From IMG/VR virus record IMGVR_UViG_3300031673_000067, positions 1 through 52,418 of that record: 52,418 bases of DNA; one strand, written 5' to 3'. Source of the stretch: a virus (taxonomy: Duplodnaviria > Caudoviricetes). Made by a program: the position numbers and the translations under genes. The notes under the pieces are model-generated. The model was not told the DNA's origin and made no database searches. It worked only from the letters and a program-made list of their open reading frames with translations. The stretch's first letter is position 1. Every line of letters begins with the position of its first letter. Positions 38,490 through 47,089 of this stretch are shown one piece after another.

Positions 38490-38841
38490 TTTTTTCCTCG
38501 ATGTTTTTGATTGCTTCTGGTGTACATTCAATTATTTCTATCGCTCTGCACCATTTTTTTAACTCAGCCTCGCAAACTTTAGAATCATCATGTAATCCTC
38601 TCATTGCGATTTCGCTTAATGAAATACCTCCGTTTACCGTTTTCCAGTAATACAATCTGCGAGAATTTTTTAATATTACCTCATCCCCTGCTTTAATTTC
38701 AATTTCTCCATAAAATACACCTGCCGAATACGTACGCACAATACATTTTTTACCATGCCAATACGTATCAATCTCTTTCTGTTGTAATTCATTATTCGAA
38801 TTACACAACAATTCTTTAATGTCTTTTAATGTAATTTCCAT
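38473..38841 (-). CDS. DUF6948-like protein
   Basis: CIVRTYSAGVFYG, LKNSRRLYYW, ISLSEIA..G; start at MEITLKD with AAGGAG RBS. Confidence 0.7.
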   Translation of the reverse strand: MEITLKDIKELLCNSNNELQQKEIDTYWHGKKCIVRTYSAGVFYGEIEIKAGDEVILKNSRRLYYWKTVNGGISLSEIAMRGLHDDSKVCEAELKKWCRAIEIIECTPEAIKNIEEKNDYTN

Positions 38842-38911
38842 ATAATACTCCTTATTTATTATAAAATATTTTATTTTTTTGCCGGTCTTTTCCCGGCTGT
38901 CACCACCCCGA

Positions 38912-39181
38912 TTAAAACCATTTCTCACAATATGGACATTGTTTGTTAAATCCTGTTTCTGGTACCGGTAAACCGCCACAATGCGGGCACGATTTGGGCG
39001 TAGTCGAAGACGTAGCCGTATATTCATTGTTAGAGGATGTATTTTGAAGTGTAGCAATTTTACATCCTAACTCACTTAACGCTTTTTCAGTAAAATACAA
39101 AATAACACCATTAAAATTAGCTTTATACCGCATTCCCTCTTTATACCGTGAGTCTCCTTTTTCAATCTTTTCTAATTCCAT
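38912..39181 (-). CDS. Hypothetical protein with C-terminal zinc ribbon
   Basis: CPHCGG...CPYC; GAGGAG RBS. Confidence 0.7.
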   Translation of the reverse strand: MELEKIEKGDSRYKEGMRYKANFNGVILYFTEKALSELGCKIATLQNTSSNNEYTATSSTTPKSCPHCGGLPVPETGFNKQCPYCEKWF

Positions 39182-39186
39182 ATTAT

Positions 39187-39450
39187 TTACTCCTCATCTA
39201 AATATTTAATTATATCCATAAGCTCTGAATAAATATTTTTACAACTCCATACCATAGCCATTCTGTTTAATATCATGGTATTATCTCTGTGGGCAATGGG
39301 AGTCATTTTTTCATGATAGCTTATATATTCCAGCATGTAACCTATAAGCATTTGTGTTTTTGGCTCTTTGATTTTCTGTCTTTTGCTTAATAAGCAATAA
39401 CCATCAGAATAATATTTGTTGTTCATCCATATCCAGAATTTATCTGTCAT
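39187..39450 (-). CDS. Hypothetical protein
   Basis: 87-aa ORF; its AAGGAG RBS lies inside the 33-bp repeat. Confidence 0.7.
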   Translation of the reverse strand: MTDKFWIWMNNKYYSDGYCLLSKRQKIKEPKTQMLIGYMLEYISYHEKMTPIAHRDNTMILNRMAMVWSCKNIYSELMDIIKYLDEE

Positions 39451-39453
39451 TAT

Positions 39454-39486
39454 TTATTACTCCTTAATTTCTTGTTTGGCTTTTAA
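39454..39486. repeat. 33-bp direct repeat, copy 1
   Basis: TTATTACTCCTTAATTTCTTGTTTGGCTTTTAA, identical to 40419-40451. Confidence 0.95.
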
Positions 39487-39574
39487 TCAAAAAAGATTGA
39501 AAGTCTATTCCCTCTTTAAAATCATATCTGGTTATAGCTCTTTATAACCAAACATTGAAGGCGGTTTTTTTCTT
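39480..39574 (-). pseudogene. AntA/AntB-type antirepressor fragment
   Basis: Reads KKKTAFNVWL*RAITRYDFKEGIDFQSFLIKS, resembling the AntA F..W..R.I..Y.F.E..DF motif. Confidence 0.55.
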
Positions 39575-39633
39575 CTATTATTTATTTAACTCTATTGGTT
39601 TATATCCTATTTTAATTAGTTTTTCGTATAAAT

Positions 39634-40272
39634 TTATATCATCCCTTGTTTTACACAATGCTTTATTATTTTGCCTATGCCTTCATTTTCTTTTTTATAA
39701 TCAACTCTAATAAATTCTACAAAATTCAATTTCTCATCATCATCTATAAACCATCCTTTCCTATGCTGTGATATTTTATAATTTTCTAATATATATTTTT
39801 TTATATATTCTTCTCTTTTATTATCATTTTCTTTTTCAGATTTATGCCCGTATTCATCATATTCAACACATAAACCATAATCAGGTAAAAACATATCAAT
39901 TCTATATTTATCATCTATCCTATATTGTTGTAATATAATTATATCTTTATCCATTGCCTTTAATATATCAGATAACCTTTCCATGAATTCTGTTTCTTTA
40001 TATGTTATGATAACATCTTCATTTAGATTAAATATTTTTAACATCTTAATTTTTTCATTTGTTGATATTTTTCTTGTATTGCATATCAACTTTGCAACTT
40101 CTTTTTCAGTTGTAAAACACAATTCTTGCTTTCCTCCGGTTGTATCGACTTTTATTTTTTTAATCTCTTGCACACTTCTTGAATAAATACTAGTACTTGG
40201 CAATTGCATTACGTCTAAAACATCTTTTAATGCAATATATCTAATGCCGTTTATAATTTCTTCTCTTATCAT
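39634..40272 (-). CDS. Bro-N domain fused to a DUF559/Vsr-like endonuclease
   Basis: YIALKDVLDV, TTGGKQELCF (Bro-N); QYRIDDKYRIDMFLP, VEYDEYGH, D..RE, FIRV (endonuclease). Confidence 0.8.
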   Translation of the reverse strand: MIREEIINGIRYIALKDVLDVMQLPSTSIYSRSVQEIKKIKVDTTGGKQELCFTTEKEVAKLICNTRKISTNEKIKMLKIFNLNEDVIITYKETEFMERLSDILKAMDKDIIILQQYRIDDKYRIDMFLPDYGLCVEYDEYGHKSEKENDNKREEYIKKYILENYKISQHRKGWFIDDDEKLNFVEFIRVDYKKENEGIGKIIKHCVKQGMI

Positions 40273-40296
40273 TTCTTATGTCCTTTGTTACTTGAT

Positions 40297-40325
40297 ATAT
40301 TATACCCTTTCCGGTTATTTGTCAA
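40297..40325 (-). promoter_or_regulatory. Promoter of the Bro-N/endonuclease gene
   Basis: TTGACA-N17-TAATAT (or N15-TATAAT). Confidence 0.55.
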
Positions 40326-40418
40326 TATATTTTTAAAAATATTTTAAATATTTTTTATTCTATGTTAAATAAATACTTTTCTTTTTCATCATTATTAATG
40401 ATACCCTTTTTATCACAA

Positions 40419-40451
40419 TTATTACTCCTTAATTTCTTGTTTGGCTTTTAA
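40419..40451. repeat. 33-bp direct repeat, copy 2 (3' end of the KilA-N gene plus RBS)
   Basis: Identical to 39454-39486. Confidence 0.95.
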
Positions 40452-41042
40452 AATAGATATTTCAATTAAATTCTCTCTATCATGTATTATATCTGAAAAT
40501 AGCGCTATATATTCATGTATTTTATCTCTTAACTTTAATTGTTTTTCTGTAGCTTTTTGCCAATCTGTTACATCGCAAGCTATTTTAATTTTATTTGCTA
40601 TAGTTATAATTTCATCTCTGAATAATGATTTGTTAGTAGCACTTATCCATAATGCGCCTGTCATTTTTTTATAACTATCTCCGCTATTATTACGATATTT
40701 TAACAATTCATCATATAGCCATTTATATACAGTCACTTTTAATTTTGGGTTTATCGCAAGCGCCATATCAATAAAAACATATGGGTGTACCCATGTATGT
40801 TTACCTCTCCCTTTTCCGCTATTTACTGGATTTTCATTTATATTATTCTCTAATTCTTTTAAAAATTCTTTAACTCTTTTTTGTCTTAACCATTCTGACA
40901 TATTAAACAAATCGTATCCATTTTCTACACGCCATCTATTCCCTGCCCTGACTAAATCTGTAGCTGATAAATAATAACTTTTAGATTTTTGTGAAATTTC
41001 ATGTCCTAATAATTCTCTTTTCATAACTACTTCCGTTATCAT
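40422..41042 (-). CDS. KilA-N domain DNA-binding protein
   Basis: YLSATDL, EWLRQKRVKEFL, GRGKHTWVHPYVFIDMALAINPKLKV. Confidence 0.88.
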   Translation of the reverse strand: MITEVVMKRELLGHEISQKSKSYYLSATDLVRAGNRWRVENGYDLFNMSEWLRQKRVKEFLKELENNINENPVNSGKGRGKHTWVHPYVFIDMALAINPKLKVTVYKWLYDELLKYRNNSGDSYKKMTGALWISATNKSLFRDEIITIANKIKIACDVTDWQKATEKQLKLRDKIHEYIALFSDIIHDRENLIEISILKAKQEIKE

Positions 41043-41071
41043 TATAATTTCCTTATTGTATTGTTTATTTT

Positions 41072-41100
41072 ATTATAATACAACTTTTATTATATGTCAA
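41072..41100 (-). promoter_or_regulatory. Consensus sigma70 promoter for the KilA-N gene
   Basis: Perfect TTGACA-N17-TATAAT. Confidence 0.8.
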
Positions 41101-41133
41101 TGTTTTTTTTAAATATATTACATCTTTTTTTTA

Positions 41134-41820
41134 TTAAATCTTATACCCATTTTTTATTGCCTCATTAATAAATTTCTGTTCTGTCCATATAAGCTCTTTT
41201 GGTACGTTTGCGTGGCTAGTATGGCAGTCCGGGCACAGCATTACAATATTGAAATCTGAATTGATCAAATCTTTGCGGTATTTATCAATAGCCCATTTTG
41301 TTTGAGAAAATTTGTGGTGTTTATGCACTGCTCTTTTTCCACAAATTACGCAATACCTGGGATTCTGCATTCTGAGCTTTGCTTCCTCTATCATTTTTTC
41401 AGTTTCTATCTTTAGATACCCGGCAAGGACATCAAAGGCTTTGGAGTAAAATTCGTCTGCCTCTTCTAATGTCATATCAGAAAATGATATAGATTTTGTC
41501 ATTACATTTACACGCTCTTTTCCGTTTTTATCTTTGTAATGCGTATACCCCTCTAACCACCTACAGTCTATTTTACAGGTTTCTTCTACCTGTTTACTAC
41601 TCAACCCAGTGTTTTCTATGACAAGTGCTACACAAGCCCAAAATAGGTCATGACGCTCTATGTTATGCTTTCCTCCGTATTTTATCTGGCATGCCATTTT
41701 GGTTGCATATGGTACCGATTTTTGCGTCTGAGAGGATTTTTCAGTACATACTATGAATATGTCTTTACCTAGCATTTCCTCGGTGCACTTTATTTTTATT
41801 ATTGTTAGTTCAGCTTTCAT
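41134..41820 (-). CDS. DUF1367/NinB-like protein with C-terminal HNH domain
   Basis: HDLFWA and KSISFSDM..EE..EFY; CVICG...HKHHKF...NIVMLCPDCH. Confidence 0.7.
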   Translation of the reverse strand: MKAELTIIKIKCTEEMLGKDIFIVCTEKSSQTQKSVPYATKMACQIKYGGKHNIERHDLFWACVALVIENTGLSSKQVEETCKIDCRWLEGYTHYKDKNGKERVNVMTKSISFSDMTLEEADEFYSKAFDVLAGYLKIETEKMIEEAKLRMQNPRYCVICGKRAVHKHHKFSQTKWAIDKYRKDLINSDFNIVMLCPDCHTSHANVPKELIWTEQKFINEAIKNGYKI

Positions 41821-42492
41821 TCATAGCCCCCTAAACAATTCATTTTCATCGTCTGGAAGATAAAACTCATTGTCTATTTTTGCTTTTTCTAGTTTAAATC
41901 TTTCCTCTTGTGCTTGCCAGTATTCAACATCAAGCTCACATCCTACAAAATCAAACCCTAATTCATAGCAGGCTATCCGACTACTACCGCTTCCTACGTG
42001 ACTATCAAATATTTTATCCCCGGGTTTTGCGTATTTATTTAATAACCAACTATATAATTTTATAGGTTTTCCTGTTGGGTGAAAATTCTTATACCCCCTT
42101 TCACTATCCTTAAACGCACCACACCATTGATGATTAAATATTCTTAGAGTCCCGTTAAAACTACTCCACGCCAATTCACCGTCACCAAAAAAATTTGTAC
42201 CATTTAATTTATTCCAAATAATAGGCTCTTTTGTATTACCTAAAATATCAAAAAAATAATTTCCACCCCATATAATTTGATTTTTGCTAATCCTGAACAA
42301 TTCGATAAAATAATCTTTGTCTGGTTTAACGTCCCATTTGACACTATTACATCCTTTCCTTTTTTTCATAAATCCGCTTACATTATCATTATAAATCCCA
42401 TAAGGCGGGTCGCAAATGGCCAGATCATATTGATTATCTTTGCATGTTTTCATATATTCCATACAATCGATATTATATACCTCATTAATCAT
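41821..42492 (-). CDS. N6-adenine DNA methyltransferase (beta class)
   Basis: DCMEYM, CDPPY, HPTGKP, IFDSHVGSGS, GCELD. Confidence 0.92.
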   Translation of the reverse strand: MINEVYNIDCMEYMKTCKDNQYDLAICDPPYGIYNDNVSGFMKKRKGCNSVKWDVKPDKDYFIELFRISKNQIIWGGNYFFDILGNTKEPIIWNKLNGTNFFGDGELAWSSFNGTLRIFNHQWCGAFKDSERGYKNFHPTGKPIKLYSWLLNKYAKPGDKIFDSHVGSGSSRIACYELGFDFVGCELDVEYWQAQEERFKLEKAKIDNEFYLPDDENELFRGL

Positions 42493-42760
42493 TTTCTATT
42501 CCTCTCATGATGTCTGGATCATTTTTAAAATGTTCAAACCCCGGAAGTTCTAATAGTTTTCCCACATCATTTTTTAATTTTTTATATTCATAATCATAAT
42601 TTATTTTTTCTTTTTTTATTTTAAACTTTTTCATTTGTTCAATTACAATTCCTAATCTTTCTAGATCATTATCATTTTCTAACATTTCAATAATTCTTTT
42701 ATCATTTCCGAGATTTTCCTTTACTGATTTAATAGTAAAATTTTTCATTGTCATAGTCAT
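42485..42760 (-). CDS. Hypothetical protein
   Basis: ORF coupled to dnaB and the MTase. Confidence 0.65.
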   Translation of the reverse strand: MTMTMKNFTIKSVKENLGNDKRIIEMLENDNDLERLGIVIEQMKKFKIKKEKINYDYEYKKLKNDVGKLLELPGFEHFKNDPDIMRGIEND

Positions 42761-43974
42761 ATCCTTATTTCAAATCTTGATAACGGTTTATTATAATTCA
42801 TTGTTATAGCTCCGGTTTTCCCGTTTCTGTTTTTTGCAACTATGATTTCTGTCATTGATACATTTTTATTTTTATCATCAACGGAATTCAAAAATATAAC
42901 GGTATCACTGTCTTCCTCTATGCTGCCAGAAGATTTCAGGTGTGAGAAATTGGGTCTTGTTTCTTCCGCACCTCGGTTAAGTTGTGCCAGAGCCACAAAA
43001 GGAACTTTTAATTTTCTTGCCAAGCCCTTAATTGATTTTGTAATATACGCTATTTGTTCAGCTCGATTTTCTGTTACATCCGTTTTGAAAAGCTGGATAT
43101 AATCACCAAAAAATATTTCTGTCTTATAATCTCTATGCAGTTCAATCGCCTTTTCAATAAGCGCATTAATGTGTATATTTGGTGTATCAATGCCTTTTAT
43201 AACTCGATTAGATATCAATTCAGCTTTTATAGCAATCATATCTTTTTGCTGCGCACTTAGAAACTCGTGATTATTGTTACTCACGGTTCCAAGTATTTCT
43301 GAGTCTATCCCTGTTTCACATGCGAGAATTTTATTCGTAATTAGATTCACACTCATTTCGGCGCTAAAATATGCAACCCGTTTATGTTTACTCGTATTAG
43401 ATATCATTTGACACATTATAGATGTTTTTCCGGCTCCCGGTCGTGCTGCTATCGTGATATATTCCCCCTCTTTAAATCCTTTAACAATATTATCTATTCC
43501 AGAGATTCCACTTTCTATTCCCCTCAAAAGGATTCCATTCATTAAATTCTCATGAAGAATTTCTTTAATATCGGTGACAATAATTTCATCAGAGTTTTTT
43601 ATTTTGCTTCTTATAGTTTCGAGCGTCTTTATGTTGTCATCAATTTTTGACAAATCATTTAAATTAATTTTGGATATCTTTTCCTCAACCTCAGCTATTT
43701 TTTTTCTTTCCAAATAACTATTATAGTAATAATCAATTATTTGATCCTGGTCTATTTTTACATGTGTGTATTTTAACAGATATTCTCGTAATTTTTCCCG
43801 ACTGCCCTGCATAACTAGAGGGTTTTTATACTCCCTGGCTTTTTCCAGTACTTTTTGAGTAAGTATTTCGAGATGCTCTTCTTCGTTTAATTTTATTCCC
43901 CATTTTTGACATTTATGCTCGATTGATAATTCGATGTCAATAAATATGTCAATTCCTATTTGTTTATAGTCCAT
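42757..43974 (-). CDS. dnaB: DnaB-like replicative helicase
   Basis: AARPGAGKT, FSAEM, DYIQL, LAQLNR, SGSIEEDSD, IVAKNRNG. Confidence 0.95.
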   Translation of the reverse strand: MDYKQIGIDIFIDIELSIEHKCQKWGIKLNEEEHLEILTQKVLEKAREYKNPLVMQGSREKLREYLLKYTHVKIDQDQIIDYYYNSYLERKKIAEVEEKISKINLNDLSKIDDNIKTLETIRSKIKNSDEIIVTDIKEILHENLMNGILLRGIESGISGIDNIVKGFKEGEYITIAARPGAGKTSIMCQMISNTSKHKRVAYFSAEMSVNLITNKILACETGIDSEILGTVSNNNHEFLSAQQKDMIAIKAELISNRVIKGIDTPNIHINALIEKAIELHRDYKTEIFFGDYIQLFKTDVTENRAEQIAYITKSIKGLARKLKVPFVALAQLNRGAEETRPNFSHLKSSGSIEEDSDTVIFLNSVDDKNKNVSMTEIIVAKNRNGKTGAITMNYNKPLSRFEIRI

Positions 43975-43982
43975 AGTTTACC

Positions 43983-44855
43983 TCAATCTGGTTGTGGTTC
44001 ACCAATAAAATACCGGTTTTCATTAGTAAGTTCTTCAGGCGCAACCCTTTTTTTTCTTTTTAACCCCAGCATGATTTTTTCAAATTGGCTATATATAATG
44101 TTAGGGTTGTATTCATTTTTCTTAATAAATTCGTCTGCAAATGCAGCATCGAAAAAAGCGGAACATTGTTCTAATGAAGAGAAGCTTTTAAGAAGCTTGG
44201 ATAAGTTACCTAAATACTTCTTTGTAAAGATTAAGCTATTTATAGTATCCTGATTATATATTGCTAATAGATGATTATTATATATTTCTTTATAAAGAGT
44301 GTAACCGGATTTATCCGGTATATCTTTATTTGTTTTTTTATCTAACTCTAACTCTAACTCTAACTCTAACTCTAACTCTAACTCTAACTCTGGTGGAAAT
44401 TGTCCCGGACATTGTCCTTTAGTTTGTCCACCCTTTTTTTTGCTTTTATTCGTTATTAGTTTTTTTGCATTTTCTTCTATTTTCTTGCGATATTGAGCTT
44501 TTCTTTCCGCTTCTGTTGACCCGTGTCCTATGAAATTTTGTATATCTGATATGAATATTTCACCTGTATTTAGTATGTCTATAATACCCATTTCTTTTGC
44601 TAAATTAACAGCGTGCATAACATTTGCCGGATCATGTCCCAAGACACCTGCTAGTATATCTATCTTATCTGCCATATAAGGAATACGTTCATTTATCATT
44701 AACTGCCCTTCCCATTTAAGAGACTTCAAGTAAAGCTTTAATATAATAAGACTGTATTCATATCCATTTTTCATAGCCTCAATTACTTTTATATGATCCT
44801 GTTCAAAATAATTTTCTTTGAACTTAAGATAATAATATTTTTTATTTTCGCTCAC
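43983..44855 (-). CDS. Phage replication initiator (replisome organizer N-terminal domain)
   Basis: KKYYYLKFKENYF, IILKLYLKSL, IGHGSTEAERK, (EL)n linker; directly upstream of dnaB. Confidence 0.88.
   Translation of the reverse strand: MSENKKYYYLKFKENYFEQDHIKVIEAMKNGYEYSLIILKLYLKSLKWEGQLMINERIPYMADKIDILAGVLGHDPANVMHAVNLAKEMGIIDILNTGEIFISDIQNFIGHGSTEAERKAQYRKKIEENAKKLITNKSKKKGGQTKGQCPGQFPPELELELELELELELELDKKTNKDIPDKSGYTLYKEIYNNHLLAIYNQDTINSLIFTKKYLGNLSKLLKSFSSLEQCSAFFDAAFADEFIKKNEYNPNIIYSQFEKIMLGLKRKKRVAPEELTNENRYFIGEPQPD
44304..44430. repeat. Probable origin region: (TCTAAC)x8, ACCGGAT-TT-ATCCGGT palindrome, TGTCC/GGACA repeats
   Basis: Visible repeats in the middle of the initiator gene (hexamer array 44341-44388). 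Origin role is inferred by analogy to lambda O-type initiators. Confidence 0.55.
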
Positions 44856-45035
44856 ATAATACTCCTTAAAAATAAAAAGAGACCAACTACATATGCCCGG
44901 TTGCCCGGTATCACCGCATATATAATCAGTCTCTAAATGTTTTTTTCAAAACATGGATAAGGTGATAAGTTACCCATATTCTGATTGAAGGTTGGCCGCT
45001 TGGCGCCCGCCCCTCGTTCTAATTGTAAAACTATA
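44856..45035 (-). ncRNA. Structured 5' leader / attenuator-like cis-regulatory RNA upstream of the initiator
   Basis: 19-bp stem (44934-44916 with 44896-44878) with four G-U pairs, followed by a U-tract and the RBS; more hairpins upstream. Confidence 0.6.
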
Positions 45036-45040
45036 TAATT

Positions 45041-45069
45041 ACTATACTACATTTTATTTATTATTTCAA
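45041..45069 (-). promoter_or_regulatory. Promoter of the replication operon
   Basis: TTGAAA-N17-TATAGT. Confidence 0.6.
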
Positions 45070-45146
45070 GTGTTATTTTAATTTTATTTCTTGCGTCGCT
45101 TTCTCAATTCTATTTTTTCCAGTAGTAGTTTGTGTTGCCATTTATA

Positions 45147-46175
45147 CTAAACCTTACTTAATTGTAATTCAATATTTTTTATATTATCAAATTTTGACTT
45201 AAGGCTATATTTTATCTTTTTAGCAATAATGTATGCTAAATTTACAGGGACAGCGTTTCCAACCATTTTGTATCCAGATGAAAGGTTTTTATAATAGAAA
45301 ATGAAATCATCAGGGAATGTTTGAATCCTTGCGCATTCTCTAATACTTAACCTTCTATACATACTTTCTTTACCCGGTACAAAAATTCTTTTATTTTGCT
45401 CAACAAAAAGCATTTTTGGAGCTTGAGGGTGTATTGGAGCATGCCTTCCACCAGCTTGTATAGTAAATGATACCTCATCCCAATTTCTGACTCTATTACG
45501 CGACATATATATACTGGAAAAGCCACCGGTCATATACTCATTATTAGGAATAATACAATTGTCTCCATTAGTATAATTTCCTTTTTTTGCTGGGATAGCA
45601 GTTTCATTTAAGTCATAAATCATTGATTTTAGAAGAATTAATTTGTTTGATTCTTTAGGAAAATCAAAATTTGTATTTAAATCTCGCCGAAAGCCAACAA
45701 AAAATATTCTTTTTCTGTCCTGTGGAACTCCATAATTTTTTGCATTTAATAGTTTAAAGTGTAGGTTATACCCAGCATTTTTAAAAAGATCCTTGATTGT
45801 AGCAAGTGCAGTTTTGTGTCTTGATAATAACATACCAGATACATTTTCTGCTAAAAAAAATAATGGCTTTTTGTTTTCTAATATTTTTATGAAATTAAAA
45901 AACAATTGCCCTCTATTATCATGAATACCTCTTAAAGCACCGGCTTCACTCCAACTTTGACAAGGAGGACTTCCGATAATTCCATCACAATCAGGTATAT
46001 TACTTAAAGGGACTTCTGTTATTGATTGTTTATTTAAATATGTATCAGGATGGTTTTTTTTATATGTTTCCCATATTTCATTATCATATTCATTTGACCA
46101 TATAATGTTGAACCCGGCTTTTTGAAAACCTAAATCTAGCCCTCCTGCACCTGAGAACAAAGATATTATGTTCAT
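45147..46175 (-). CDS. C5-cytosine DNA methyltransferase, M.HaeIII/M.NgoPII-like (probably GGCC)
   Basis: SLFSGAGG, PPCQSWSEAG, ENV, QDRKR, TRD SSIYMSRNRVR.W...FTIQA, GNAVP; closely resembles M.HaeIII as recalled. Confidence 0.93.
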   Translation of the reverse strand: MNIISLFSGAGGLDLGFQKAGFNIIWSNEYDNEIWETYKKNHPDTYLNKQSITEVPLSNIPDCDGIIGSPPCQSWSEAGALRGIHDNRGQLFFNFIKILENKKPLFFLAENVSGMLLSRHKTALATIKDLFKNAGYNLHFKLLNAKNYGVPQDRKRIFFVGFRRDLNTNFDFPKESNKLILLKSMIYDLNETAIPAKKGNYTNGDNCIIPNNEYMTGGFSSIYMSRNRVRNWDEVSFTIQAGGRHAPIHPQAPKMLFVEQNKRIFVPGKESMYRRLSIRECARIQTFPDDFIFYYKNLSSGYKMVGNAVPVNLAYIIAKKIKYSLKSKFDNIKNIELQLSKV

Positions 46176-46362
46176 ATTTTTTCCTGTTTATAATATTTGT
46201 TTATTAAGAAGTAAATAAATCAACTAGAAATATCAAGGTATTTTAATAAATAATTAGATATTTATCAATCTATTTTCTAACTGATTTATATAATTATTTT
46301 GTTGTGATTACTTTACTATGTGCTTAATCTGGTTTTTAATAATGAATGCATTTATCAATTCT

Positions 46363-46556
46363 TTAATCACATTTTAACCATTTTCCAAAACAAATAATAT
46401 ATTCATAGCTGTTCGTAACATTCAAACCATTAGCGGGCATAGGATTTGTTTTTAACCAGATAAAATTTTCATATATTTTATTATAGTATTTGCCTATGTA
46501 TTTATGGACATCCTGTTTGTTGTAATAATTTTTTTGTATATTTACAAATTTATCAT
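46363..46556 (-). pseudogene. Internal fragment of a beta-class amino-methyltransferase
   Basis: Start-less frame FVNIQKNYYNKQDVHKYIG...FIWLKTNPMPANGLNVTNSYEYIICF. Confidence 0.65.
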
Positions 46557-46760
46557 TATCAAATTAGAAATTCCATGACCGCAACATGCACTAATTATAT
46601 GTTTTTTATCCTGCATACACCAATCATGTCCATCTCTTGTAGGCATTTGACCACATCGAATACATGGTCTTTCGTCGTCTATTGTTGTTAGATCATCTGC
46701 ATATACCCACTTATTATTCACAAAAATAATTTCATGCCCTCTTTGGTATGATTTAATCAT
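46542..46760 (-). CDS. Cys/His-rich hypothetical protein
   Basis: RGHEI, RPCIRCG, GHDWC, ACCGHG; AAGGA RBS. Confidence 0.75.
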   Translation of the reverse strand: MIKSYQRGHEIIFVNNKWVYADDLTTIDDERPCIRCGQMPTRDGHDWCMQDKKHIISACCGHGISNLIMINL

Positions 46761-46774
46761 TATTCATCCTTTAT

Positions 46775-46888
46775 TTATTCCTCAATGTTTTTTTCAATAT
46801 ATTTTTGTTCAATTTTTTTACATACAAATCTAATAAGATCAATTATTAATACAATTGTTGCTGTTATAAAAAATGTTTTAATGATCAT
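46775..46888 (-). CDS. 37-aa membrane peptide
   Basis: Manual translation MIIKTFFITATIVLIIDLIRFVCKK...; AAAGGA RBS. Confidence 0.5.
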   Translation of the reverse strand: MIIKTFFITATIVLIIDLIRFVCKKIEQKYIEKNIEE

Positions 46889-46915
46889 TATTTTTATCCT
46901 TTATGTTTATAATTA

Positions 46916-47089
46916 TTATAAATAATTTTTATGAATAAAAAACATAGGGTAGCGCCTATAAATTTTACCAAAGCATTCTAAACATAATTTTAAAGAATTA
47001 TCGGTGCCTTTATGATAATATTCTACATAATATTCATATTCTTTATTATTACACATATCACATTTATCTTGTTTATCTATTTTTTGCAT
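46916..47089 (-). CDS. 57-aa CxxC...CxxC microprotein
   Basis: MQKIDKQDKCDMC...LCLECF...; AAAGGA RBS. Confidence 0.6.
   Translation of the reverse strand: MQKIDKQDKCDMCNNKEYEYYVEYYHKGTDNSLKLCLECFGKIYRRYPMFFIHKNYL

Noticed and set aside
38171-38510. ORFs with (NQNH)n, (TRTI)n and (MVLV)n repeats; possible CRISPR-like array
   Set aside because: These are alternate-frame shadows of the Gly-rich repeat. There is no repeat-spacer structure and no cas operon.
44909-44917. TATCACCGC, identical to the lambda operator half-site
   Set aside because: No symmetric 17-bp operator and no CI homologue. Better explained as part of the RNA leader or as chance.
44975-45025. GC-rich patch as a possible tRNA
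   Set aside because: No cloverleaf, T-loop GTTC context or CCA end. Treated as part of the structured leader.
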